Assembly: GCA_029977665.1 (NCBI GenBank)
Contig: JAPOKK010000001.1
Coordinates: forward strand, 1-57,979
Length of the DNA: 57,979 bases
DNA from: Pseudomonadota bacterium
GTDB lineage: Bacteria; Pseudomonadota; Gammaproteobacteria; Ga0077536
Direction: 5' to 3'
Numbering within the stretch: the first letter of the stretch is position 1; every line of letters starts with the position of its first letter. The notes below the pieces were generated by a model, which saw only the letters and a program-made list of their open reading frames with translations, searched no databases and was not told the origin of the DNA. Position numbers and translations under genes: made by a program. Positions 32,018 through 40,508 of the stretch are shown one piece after another.

Positions 32018-33232
32018 ATGACCGCTGATACCCGCCAACTCGTCATTGCCGGATCCGGCTTCGCCGGCACCTGGGCCGCCCTCGCCGCGGCGCGCGCGGT
32101 CGCGCACGCCGGCCGCGCGGCCGACGTCGCCATCACCATGATTTCGCCCGCACCGCAGCTGCACATCCGGCCGCGCCTGTACGAGACCGCGTTCGACGAC
32201 ATGGCGCCCGACCTCGCGCCGTTACTCGCAGCGGTCGGTGTGGCGCACATGGCCGGCCGGGTCGAGAGCCTCGATACGGCGCGTCGTGAACTCACTGTCG
32301 TCGCGGCCGATGGCAGCCACGCGACGCGGACCTACGACAAGCTCGTCCTCGCCACCGGCAGCGAACTCAACCGACCGCTGGTGCCGGGCCTCATCGAGCA
32401 CGCCTTCGACGTCGACCAGCTCGCCGGCGCGCGCAGGCTCGATGCCCACCTGCAGGCGCTGGCGCACCGGCCGGCCAGCGCCGCGCGCGACACGGTGATC
32501 GTCGCCGGTGGCGGTTTCACAGGCATCGAGACCGCGGCCGAGCTGCCGGCGCGGCTGCGCACGATCCTCGGCACGGCGCAGCCGCGCGTCGTCATCATCG
32601 AGCAGTCGGCGTCGATTGGCCCCGATCTCGGACCGGGACCGCGCCCGACCATCGAGCAGGCGCTCGCCGCGTGCGGCGTCGACATCGTCACCGGCACGGC
32701 GGTCGCGGCAATCGATGCCGATGGCGTCACCACCGCCGACGGCAGGCACTTTCCGAGCAACACCGTGGTGTGGACGGCGGGTGCGCGCGCCAGCGGGCTG
32801 GCCGCGCAGGTCCCGGGCGAGCATGACATCCACGGCCGCGTGCACGCCGATCGCTTCCTGCACGCCCCGGCCTGTGCTGACGTCTTCGTCAGCGGCGACA
32901 CCGCGCGCGCCGCGACCGACGATGCCGGCAACGTCGCGTTGATGTCCTGCCAGCACGCGCTGAGCCTTGGCCGTGTCGCCGGCTACAACGCGGCCGCCGA
33001 ACTGCTCGACCTGCCGCTGCATCCCTATAGCCAGCCGAAGTACGTGACCTGTCTGGACCTGGGCCCGTGGGGTGCCGTCTACACCGAGGGCTGGGAACGG
33101 GCGGTCGTGATGGCGGGCGCCGAGGCCAAGGCACTCAAGCGTTCGATCAACACGGAATGGATCTATCCGCCGCCCGCGGATCGCGAGGCGGCGTTTGCGC
33201 TCGCCGCGCCCGACCACGTCATCGTGCCCTGA
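32018..33232 (+). CDS. NAD(P)/FAD-dependent oxidoreductase, type-II NADH dehydrogenase-like, 404 aa
   Basis: Two Rossmann motifs are present (LVIAGSGFAGTWAA and VIVAGGGFTGIETAAEL), plus VFVSGDTA. Confidence 0.8.
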   Translation: MTADTRQLVIAGSGFAGTWAALAAARAVAHAGRAADVAITMISPAPQLHIRPRLYETAFDDMAPDLAPLLAAVGVAHMAGRVESLDTARRELTVVAADGSHATRTYDKLVLATGSELNRPLVPGLIEHAFDVDQLAGARRLDAHLQALAHRPASAARDTVIVAGGGFTGIETAAELPARLRTILGTAQPRVVIIEQSASIGPDLGPGPRPTIEQALAACGVDIVTGTAVAAIDADGVTTADGRHFPSNTVVWTAGARASGLAAQVPGEHDIHGRVHADRFLHAPACADVFVSGDTARAATDDAGNVALMSCQHALSLGRVAGYNAAAELLDLPLHPYSQPKYVTCLDLGPWGAVYTEGWERAVVMAGAEAKALKRSINTEWIYPPPADREAAFALAAPDHVIVP

Positions 33233-33444
33233 ACGGGGCCCGTGGAAAGTGAGAGCGGGGAAGTGGGTGCGGGGAGATCGATGACCAACCCCGCACCCGA
33301 GGGGAGAAGAAAAAAAAAGCGGGGAGGAAGGGCCCGGTCTGTCCGCTGGCCACAACAGGCATCCCGTGAAGCAATGCCCTTCGCCCCCGCATCAGGTCCG
33401 CCGTGCGCCGCGCGGGGACGGCGCACGGACGTCTTTGGCGACGA

Positions 33445-35466
33445 CTAGAAGTAGTACGTCACGCGCATGAAGATCTCGTCGGCGAAGTCCAGCGTCTCCA
33501 GCGCGTCGTCGTTCTCGTCGCCACCACCTTCGATGAGATTGGCGTAGAGATCCCATTGCCAGTTCGCTGACGGGCGGTAACGCACGCCCGGCTGCAGCAG
33601 CACGCCGCCCTGCACGTCGACCAGCACGGCGAGATCGGCGCGCCAGACGAGGTCCGGAAACGGCTGCTGGATGGCGAACGCAACGTAGTTCGCGCTGCCC
33701 TGTCCGCGCGGCTGGCCGGAACCGGCAACGCGGGCCGCCGGGCTGAGCGCCCCGGTGTCCGGATCGAGGTAAGGCCAGAAGCCGTTGTTCTCGTTGCCGC
33801 TCAGGTGACGACCGAAGAGATCCGACTCGGTGCGGTGCATCCACTGCGCGACCATGTAGGCCGCCGGCATGTCGATGGAGAAGCGCTGGTACTTCTCGAC
33901 GATGAGCGCCGAGACGACGTCGGTTGCCTCGATGAACTCGCGGCTCAGGCCGAGGTTGGTGAACTGCTTGTTCGGCGTCACCGCGACTTCGCCGCGCACG
34001 ATCAGCTGGTCGAGGAAGGAATCCGGCGCAGCGGTGAAGATGTAGTTGCCGCCGAGCGAAATGACGTGCTCACGCTTGAACTCGCGCGTGATGTAACCAC
34101 GCAGACCACCGAAACCGGTGTAGAAGGCATCGAGGGTCGAAATCGCGTCGAGCGCGGACACTTCGTTGCCTAGACCGAGTACGCTGCGCGCGGCGAACGC
34201 CGAGGCCGGCGCCTCGTTGATCGAAACCTGCGTACCGAGCACCGGGTTGAGGCGCGTGCGCCCGGCCATGTGGAACCACTCGAACGCGGACGACGTCGCG
34301 GTGCCGTCCGGCGCGAAGAAGGAACCGCAGCCGCCGCCGACCGAAGCCTGCGTCGGGGCGCCTGGCAGCGCTGCGAACGGGTTGTTCGACGCACCGGCAC
34401 AGAACGGGTTCTCGGTGCCGAAAGCGCTCGGCAACGTGGTGCTTCGCGGGGCGTCGGCCCAGCGCACCACGCCGTCGGGGTTACGCCGATTGACGTAGGC
34501 CGCAAGCAGCGTGAACGAATCGGTCATCGGCATGGTCAACCGCGCACCGAAGTTGAGCGCGTGCTCGGCGTCGTCGAACTCGTCGCCCTCGCGCCACGAG
34601 AACGCCGACGGCACCACGTTGTAAGGCGTGTTGGTACGTGCCAGCACGGTCGGCGTGAACATCTGCACGAAGGCGTCGACTTCCCACTGGTTGTCGAACG
34701 TGTAGCTCAGGCGCAGGCCGGGCGATGCGATGCGCTGGTCCTGGAACTCCTCGGCGGCCGGGTTGAGCGTCAGGTGTCGGCGCAGGTCGAGACCGTTGGC
34801 GACGTCTATCACGCGGAAGAACAGCGCTTCGCCCCAGGCGATCGACTGCTGGCCAGCGCGGATCCACAGCGGTCCATCGTTGTAATCGACGTAGAACGCG
34901 GGCAGGTCGGCCATCATGCTCGCGCCGTTGATTTCCAGCGGGTTGGCGCTGCGTGCATGCCAGAACGGCTGGCCGAAGATGTCGCCGGTGCGGCCGTCGC
35001 TGAGTTTGGGCACGGCATCGTAGACCGCGCGGAGCTTCATCGTCGCCGCCCAGTTGGGGGAAATGCGGGCCTGTACGTCGAGATCGAGTCGGGTCGAGAA
35101 CAGGTTGAAATTGAAGCTGTCGTCGAGGCCCGCGCCATAGGTGTTGGCGCGCCCCGCGGCGGGGCAGGCGACCTGGGTCGAGAACTTACAGGTGGTCGGC
35201 ACCGGGGCGGTGTTGGCGTCGGCACGCAGACCATCGCTGCGCAGCAGTGCGCCGTTGAGGGGGTTGTTGGTCAGCACCGGTACCGAGCGCGCGTTGAACG
35301 GGTTGCCGTTCTGGTTGAACTCGTTCTCGCCGCTCGCGATGCCAATACCGATTTCCTGGCGGACGGAACCGGTGACGTTCCAATCGATGGCGTTTGCGGC
35401 GGCCGGCAACAGGGCGGCGCCGAACAGCGCGCCGCGGCTCAGCGTGCGCCGGGTGGAATGAAGCAT
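33445..35466 (-). CDS. DUF1302-family outer-membrane protein, 673 aa
   Basis: Signal peptide is MLHSTRRTLSRGALFGAALLPAAANA. The protein is beta-rich and ends with the aromatic terminus RVTYYF. AAGGAG lies upstream of the ATG at 35466. Confidence 0.75.
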   Translation of the reverse strand: MLHSTRRTLSRGALFGAALLPAAANAIDWNVTGSVRQEIGIGIASGENEFNQNGNPFNARSVPVLTNNPLNGALLRSDGLRADANTAPVPTTCKFSTQVACPAAGRANTYGAGLDDSFNFNLFSTRLDLDVQARISPNWAATMKLRAVYDAVPKLSDGRTGDIFGQPFWHARSANPLEINGASMMADLPAFYVDYNDGPLWIRAGQQSIAWGEALFFRVIDVANGLDLRRHLTLNPAAEEFQDQRIASPGLRLSYTFDNQWEVDAFVQMFTPTVLARTNTPYNVVPSAFSWREGDEFDDAEHALNFGARLTMPMTDSFTLLAAYVNRRNPDGVVRWADAPRSTTLPSAFGTENPFCAGASNNPFAALPGAPTQASVGGGCGSFFAPDGTATSSAFEWFHMAGRTRLNPVLGTQVSINEAPASAFAARSVLGLGNEVSALDAISTLDAFYTGFGGLRGYITREFKREHVISLGGNYIFTAAPDSFLDQLIVRGEVAVTPNKQFTNLGLSREFIEATDVVSALIVEKYQRFSIDMPAAYMVAQWMHRTESDLFGRHLSGNENNGFWPYLDPDTGALSPAARVAGSGQPRGQGSANYVAFAIQQPFPDLVWRADLAVLVDVQGGVLLQPGVRYRPSANWQWDLYANLIEGGGDENDDALETLDFADEIFMRVTYYF

Positions 35467-35537
35467 GGGCAGATCTCCTTCAAGCGTGCGACAAGGCGGG
35501 AGCGACGGTCGTGCGCACTTCACCGCGCGCTCCGGCG

Positions 35538-35565
35538 AAATTAGAATGAATGATCATTCTAATTT
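35538..35565. promoter_or_regulatory. perfect 12-bp-arm palindrome AAATTAGAATGA-ATGA-TCATTCTAATTT (candidate TetR operator)
   Basis: It lies in the divergent DUF1302/TetR intergenic region. A related shorter palindrome, CGAATG-AA-CATTCG, lies at 35608-35621. Confidence 0.6.
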
Positions 35566-35711
35566 GTGGCGGCGCACTCTAGGGGCGTGTTGACAGCCCG
35601 TCAAGCCCGAATGAACATTCGCTCGAGACAGGTGTGTCAGGGGGGGACAGCCTGTCCCGCGCGCAACGGTGGTCGATTCCATCGCGGCGCGCCGCTTGGC
35701 CACGGGGGAGA

Positions 35712-36317
35712 ATGATCACGATGGACGACGAACCGCGTACGGCACGCGCGCGCCAGCGGCGCGAGCAGATCCTGGACGCCGCTTCGATCTGCTTCGCGCG
35801 TTACGGGTTTCACGGGGCCAGCGTCGCGCAGATCTCCAAGCAGGCCTGCATGAGCCCGGGCCACATCTACCATTTCTTCGATAACAAGGAAGCGATCGTC
35901 GGCGGCATCGTCGAGCGCATGGCGGCGCGCTGGCTGGAACTGCTCGAACCCTATCCGCAGGATCGCGAAGTCCTCGACACGGTGACCGAGCGCGCGACCC
36001 ACGCATTGGCCGAACGCACGCGGCCCGATTTCGCCGGCCTGTGGTTGGAGGTACTCGCGGAGACCGCCCGCAACGCGACCGTCCAACGCGCCGTCGGCAA
36101 TGCCGACGAGCGCATCCGGGCTGCCGTCACGGAGCAGGTGAGCTTCATCCGCGACATGCTCGGCGTGCAGAGCGACACCCCGCTCAGCGCCATTGTCGAA
36201 GTCGTGCTTGCCCTCTACGAGGGCCTCAGCAATCGCTCGGTAATCAACCCGGCGTTCGACCGCGGCCAGATCCGAGAAGTCGTACTGAGCGCCACCCACG
36301 CGATACTCATCGCCTGA
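35712..36317 (+). CDS. TetR/AcrR-family transcriptional regulator, 201 aa
   Basis: QILDAASICFARYGFHGASVAQISKQACMSPGHIYHFF is the TetR HTH. Confidence 0.9.
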   Translation: MITMDDEPRTARARQRREQILDAASICFARYGFHGASVAQISKQACMSPGHIYHFFDNKEAIVGGIVERMAARWLELLEPYPQDREVLDTVTERATHALAERTRPDFAGLWLEVLAETARNATVQRAVGNADERIRAAVTEQVSFIRDMLGVQSDTPLSAIVEVVLALYEGLSNRSVINPAFDRGQIREVVLSATHAILIA

Positions 36318-36347
36318 GCATGCACGGCGAATTTCACGCGCTTCGGA

Positions 36348-36860
36348 TCACGCGGCCGCGGCAAGCAGCAGGCTCAGAACGACCGTGACGGTCAGCGGCC
36401 AGCGCAGCCGGCGGTACCAACGCGGTACGAGGCCGCACGCGTGCGCGCGCAGGTCGACGGCGAGCACGGCGACGAACGCGGCCGCGAGCAGCAACTGGCC
36501 CGCGCGCGGCGCCGTCAGCAGCGTACACCAGCCAGCCAGACTCGGTGCCACGGCCACCAGCAACCGGCCCCACATGCCGTCCGCACCGCCGTGCGCGATC
36601 GTCAGGCCCCACTGCACGCCACCCAGGAACGACAGGATCAACGCCGCATAGGCATTGAGCGCGAAAAGATGGAAGTCGCGCGCGCCCGCGACGTCCCCAG
36701 CGGCGAACGCGGCAAGCGTGATGAAGGGCAGCGCGCCAGTGATCCCGAGCCAGGCGGCCGCGGGCGGCACGCGCACCGGGGTGCTGGTGAGAGATGCGGC
36801 GTTAGAGAGGTACGGGCTCACCCGCGGGTTACGTCCCGCGTCGGCAAAAGGATCGGCCAC
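36348..36860 (-). CDS. DUF3429-family membrane protein, 170 aa
   Basis: The protein has four hydrophobic segments. LSFLGGVQWG is the family motif as I recall it. Confidence 0.7.
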   Translation of the reverse strand: MADPFADAGRNPRVSPYLSNAASLTSTPVRVPPAAAWLGITGALPFITLAAFAAGDVAGARDFHLFALNAYAALILSFLGGVQWGLTIAHGGADGMWGRLLVAVAPSLAGWCTLLTAPRAGQLLLAAAFVAVLAVDLRAHACGLVPRWYRRLRWPLTVTVVLSLLLAAAA

Positions 36861-36897
36861 GCCTGGAGGGCGTGGCCGAGGCGTCAGCGCGATGGCA

Positions 36898-37584
36898 TCA
36901 GGCCACCCTGCCGCAGCGCAGGTTGGCCGGCACCGCGATGTCCATCAGCTTGGGATCGTCGAGACTGAGATTGGTCATCAGGGCCACGTACTCGGCTTCG
37001 GTCTTGCCGGCCAGACGCGGGTTGTAACGCTTCTCCTCGTAGATGCTGCTCACCGTCCAGCCCTTGTAGTCGTGGGCGGGGTAGACCAGCGTCTGTTCGG
37101 GCAGGCGGAACAGCTTGTTGACGATGGAATCCCACGAGTGGCGTGCATCGCCGTTCTGGAAGTCGGTGCGTCCGGTGCCGCGGATCAACAGGACGTCGCC
37201 GGTGAATACGCGGTCGTCCATCACGAAGCTGAAGGACTCGTCGGTGTGCCCGGGAGTGTAGAGGGCTTCGAGCCGCAGCCCGTCGACACCGAGCACGTCA
37301 CCCTCGCGGACGTGCTCACTGACGCACTCCGCGCGGGTAAACTCGCCCAGCATGCTGATGCAGCCGGTCGTGTCGCGCAGCGTACCGAGCGCAGTGACGT
37401 GGTCAGCGTGGGTGTGGGTGTCGATGGCGCGCACGAGTCTCAGGTCGAGTTCCTCGATCAGGCGCAGGTAGTCACCGGCGCGCTCGGCGACGGGGTCGAT
37501 GATGACCGCCTCGCGCCCCACGCCGCTCGCGACGAGGTAGGTGTAGGTGCTCGAGACGGGTTCGAACAGCTGGCGGAAAATCAT
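36898..37584 (-). CDS. ETHE1-type persulfide (sulfur) dioxygenase, MBL fold, 228 aa
   Basis: The match to my recollection of ETHE1 is colinear. Shared segments include MIFRQLFEPVSSTYTYL, THTHADH, LLIRGTGRTDFQNGDA, YPAHDY and VPANLRCG. Confidence 0.88.
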   Translation of the reverse strand: MIFRQLFEPVSSTYTYLVASGVGREAVIIDPVAERAGDYLRLIEELDLRLVRAIDTHTHADHVTALGTLRDTTGCISMLGEFTRAECVSEHVREGDVLGVDGLRLEALYTPGHTDESFSFVMDDRVFTGDVLLIRGTGRTDFQNGDARHSWDSIVNKLFRLPEQTLVYPAHDYKGWTVSSIYEEKRYNPRLAGKTEAEYVALMTNLSLDDPKLMDIAVPANLRCGRVA

Positions 37585-37695
37585 GGCAGTTCTCCTGCGC
37601 TAGGACCGCTTCCGTGTCGCGACGCGATGTTCACCGCGCCGCGGTGCCCGGCCCGCCGCTCGCGCGACGGACCGGTCCGCGGTTGCCGGCCTGGC

Positions 37696-37926
37696 TCAGA
37701 CGCGGTCTTCCGAGTACCAGGGCCGGATCTTGACCTCTGCACTCGGCGCGCCGTTGGCGTCACGACCGGTCGCGACATCGCGACGGTAGTAGGGGGTGAC
37801 GACGACGCGAGCCTGCTCGGCATCGGCACGTGCTTCGACCCGCGGTGCGTTCCACGGCGCGAAGGGCTCGGCCTGAACGGAACCGGTGGCGGCGGCGATG
37901 ATGGCGATGGCAGCAATCTTTTTCAT
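37696..37926 (-). CDS. small secreted protein of unknown function, 76 aa
   Basis: Signal peptide is MKKIAAIAIIAAATGSVQA. AAGGAG lies upstream of the ATG. It is the first gene of the apparent dioxygenase operon. Confidence 0.6.
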   Translation of the reverse strand: MKKIAAIAIIAAATGSVQAEPFAPWNAPRVEARADAEQARVVVTPYYRRDVATGRDANGAPSAEVKIRPWYSEDRV

Positions 37927-38250
37927 GACTAACTCTCCTTGATGCTTGGGCGTTTTCGCGGCTGCGATGTCCGCGTTGGGAAGAATGTTAGAGTTGAGCT
38001 ATCGTTATGTGAAATTAAATGTTTTTATTCTATCGATAGTCATTTTGCATTCATGCGCTCAGGCAGCCTGCCAAGCACATTGGCGCCCATCCGCGTCGAG
38101 CTGATCAGCGTCATGAGGCACTGCGGCGTTTGCGTCAGGCTGGCAGGTGATCGGCTGTCCAGGTGCATCGAGCGGTCCCGACACGACGCTGGCACCCTGA
38201 AGGTGTCGCACGCGATGATTGCCACCTCGCTCCGATCTCAGCATCAACCC

Positions 38251-38724
38251 ATGCTCGAAATGCTCGTGCTTGTCATCGTCGCCAACAGCGCACCCGTGCT
38301 GGCCCGTCACGTCTTCGGTGCGCGGTTCGCCGCGCCGATCGACGGCGGGCGCGTGCTGGGTGACGGCCGCCCCGTACTCGGTCGCTCCAAGACCTGGCGC
38401 GGCCTCGTCACCGGCGTCCTGGCGACCGCGGCACTCGCCCCGCTGCTCGGACTCCCACCCGGGCTCGGCCTCGCCACCGGTACTCTCGCATTGGCTGGCG
38501 ACCTGCTGGCGAGTTTCGTCAAGCGGCGCTGCGGCTACGCTGCCAGTGCGCGTGCCCCGGTGCTAGACACCCAGCCCGAAGTCCTGCTCCCGGCGGTCGT
38601 GCTGCGCAGTGCCTACGAGATGAGTTGGCTGGAGGTTGCGGCCGCCGCACTCGGCTTTCACTTGATCGTGCGCTTCAGTTCACCGCTGCTCTACCGCCTG
38701 CGCCTGCGTCGCCGGCCCTGGTAG
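38251..38724 (+). CDS. CDP-archaeol synthase-like (CarS/DUF46 family) membrane cytidylyltransferase, about 157 aa
   Basis: IVANSAPVL, GRSKTWRG, GDLLASFVKRRCGY and the C-terminal RLRLRRRPW parallel CarS family motifs. An alternative in-frame ATG exists at 38215. Confidence 0.75.
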   Translation: MLEMLVLVIVANSAPVLARHVFGARFAAPIDGGRVLGDGRPVLGRSKTWRGLVTGVLATAALAPLLGLPPGLGLATGTLALAGDLLASFVKRRCGYAASARAPVLDTQPEVLLPAVVLRSAYEMSWLEVAAAALGFHLIVRFSSPLLYRLRLRRRPW

Positions 38725-38783
38725 AGCGACCGCCCTCACTTCGTTACGGTAGCTTCCATGGTCCCCGTTCCACCCATCACGCC

Positions 38784-39665
38784 ATGCCCCTGCAACGAGC
38801 TCGCGCCGCAGCGCCGGAGGCAGCCGTGAGCAACGAGTCGCGTGCAACCGCTCCCGATGCCCACAAGGACAGCGCCCGGCGCGCGCCCGCTGCACAGCGC
38901 GAGGTACGGACGGCGACGGAATTCAGCGTCATCACCTACAACATGCACAAGGGCTTCAGCGGAGACGGCCGGCGGCTGTTCGTGCTCGACCATATGCGCC
39001 AGGCGCTCGAGTCGGCCGGCGCAGACATCGTTTTCCTGCAGGAAGCCCAGGGCGAGCATCATCGGCACGCGCAACGTATCGAGACCTGGCCCGAGGCCGC
39101 GCAGTTCGAGTTCCTCGCCGACACGTTGTGGCCCCACCACGCGTACGGCAAGAATGCCGTCTACGACCATGGCCATCACGGCAATGCCATACTGAGCAAG
39201 TATCCGCTCGAGGCGTGGGAAAACATCGTCGTCTCGCCCTACCCTTTCGCCGCGAGTCGCAGCCTCCTGCACGGGCGTATCACGTTGCCCGGCAGCGGCC
39301 TCCGACTGCATCTCATGTGCATTCATTTCGGCTTCCTCGGCTTCGAGCGGCGCCCGCAGATCCGACGCCTGTGCGAGCACATCGAAGCGCACGTGCCGCA
39401 CGCCGAGCCCCTGATTGTCGCCGGCGACTTCAACGACTGGTCGGGCCGCGCGGAACGCCATTTCAACGAAACGCTCGACTTGTCCGAGGCCTACCGCTCG
39501 CGCCACGGGCAGCACGCGCGCACCTATCCCTCCTGGGCACCGCTGCTGCCGATGGATCGCATTTACTGCCGCGGCCTGACCTGCGCCGGCGCCGAGCGGC
39601 TGTCCGGCGCCCCGTGGAGCGCCCTGTCCGACCACACCCCGCTGCATGCGCGGTTCCGCTTGTGA
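38784..39665 (+). CDS. endonuclease/exonuclease/phosphatase (EEP) family protein, 293 aa
   Basis: SVITYNMHKG, DIVFLQEA, HGNAILSKYP, IVAGDFNDW and LSDHTPL are EEP catalytic motifs. The start codon is uncertain. Confidence 0.82.
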   Translation: MPLQRARAAAPEAAVSNESRATAPDAHKDSARRAPAAQREVRTATEFSVITYNMHKGFSGDGRRLFVLDHMRQALESAGADIVFLQEAQGEHHRHAQRIETWPEAAQFEFLADTLWPHHAYGKNAVYDHGHHGNAILSKYPLEAWENIVVSPYPFAASRSLLHGRITLPGSGLRLHLMCIHFGFLGFERRPQIRRLCEHIEAHVPHAEPLIVAGDFNDWSGRAERHFNETLDLSEAYRSRHGQHARTYPSWAPLLPMDRIYCRGLTCAGAERLSGAPWSALSDHTPLHARFRL

Positions 39666-39770
39666 CCCGGCTATGACGCCATTCGCCCGCCATGCAGCCC
39701 CGGGCGCCCGCGCGGGCCGCCATCGATATGCCCGGCGCGCGGCGAGAAAACTCCGCTCCTCCCGCACCAT

Positions 39771-39855
39771 CTGCTCAAAATTTAAGCAAAAGTGTCAGAC
39801 ACTATTGCCCTGCTACATGCAGGCCGTTGCACCCCAAAAGTGTCTGACACTTTTG
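39771..39855. repeat. REPIN-like doublet of the CAAAAGTGTC-W-GACACTTTTG palindrome, inverted relative to the 22.5-kb cluster
   Basis: Cores lie at 39787-39807 (one mismatch) and 39835-39855. The leader CTGCTCAAAATTTAAGC matches the reverse complement of 22548-22564. Over 37 aligned nt, 34 are identical. Confidence 0.9.
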
Positions 39856-39899
39856 CTACCCGTGCTGCCCCGGCTGCCTGGCGGGGGGAGGGGCGCGGC

Positions 39900-40493
39900 A
39901 TGAACGGGGTGGCGCCGGGGGAGCGTCGCATCACGCTGGCGAATGCGCTGACCGCCTTCCGGCTCGTCGTAGCCGCACCGCTGATGCTCGCCTGCGCGGC
40001 CGAAGGCTGGCGCGAAGCGTTTCCGTGGATCCTGCTCGCCTCGTTCGCGAGCGACGCGGTGGATGGCACGGTGGCCCGCCTGACCGGCCAGGCGAGCCGT
40101 TTCGGCGCCATGCTCGATTCTTGGGCGGATGTCGTCGCCTACTGCGCCATCGCCATCACCGTCGCCGTGTTGTGGCCTGGGCTTGTGCGCGAGGAATGGC
40201 TGGCCTTCGCCATCATCGTCGCGAGCTTCCTCGTACCGAGCGCTATCGGGCTGCTCCGCTTCGGCCGCTTCACGAGCTATCACACGCTGCTGGTCAAGCT
40301 CGCGGTCGCCACCATCGCGCCGGCCCTGCTGCTGCTCTTGTGGGCCGACATCACCTGGCCGCTGCGCGTCGCCGCGGCGGTCGCCGCGCTCGCGGCGCTC
40401 GAGGAAATCGCCATCACCTGCGTGCTCGACGCACCGCGCTCGAACGTACGCGGCCTGTACACGGTGCTGCGCGCGCGGCGGCCCACACGCTGA
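39900..40493 (+). CDS. CDP-alcohol phosphatidyltransferase family protein, 197 aa
   Basis: The complete signature D-x2-DG-x2-AR-x8-G-x3-D-x3-D is present as DAVDGTVARLTGQASRFGAMLDSWAD. Multiple TM segments are present. Confidence 0.88.
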   Translation: MNGVAPGERRITLANALTAFRLVVAAPLMLACAAEGWREAFPWILLASFASDAVDGTVARLTGQASRFGAMLDSWADVVAYCAIAITVAVLWPGLVREEWLAFAIIVASFLVPSAIGLLRFGRFTSYHTLLVKLAVATIAPALLLLLWADITWPLRVAAAVAALAALEEIAITCVLDAPRSNVRGLYTVLRARRPTR

Positions 40494-40508
40494 CCGCGTG
40501 CCGGCCCT

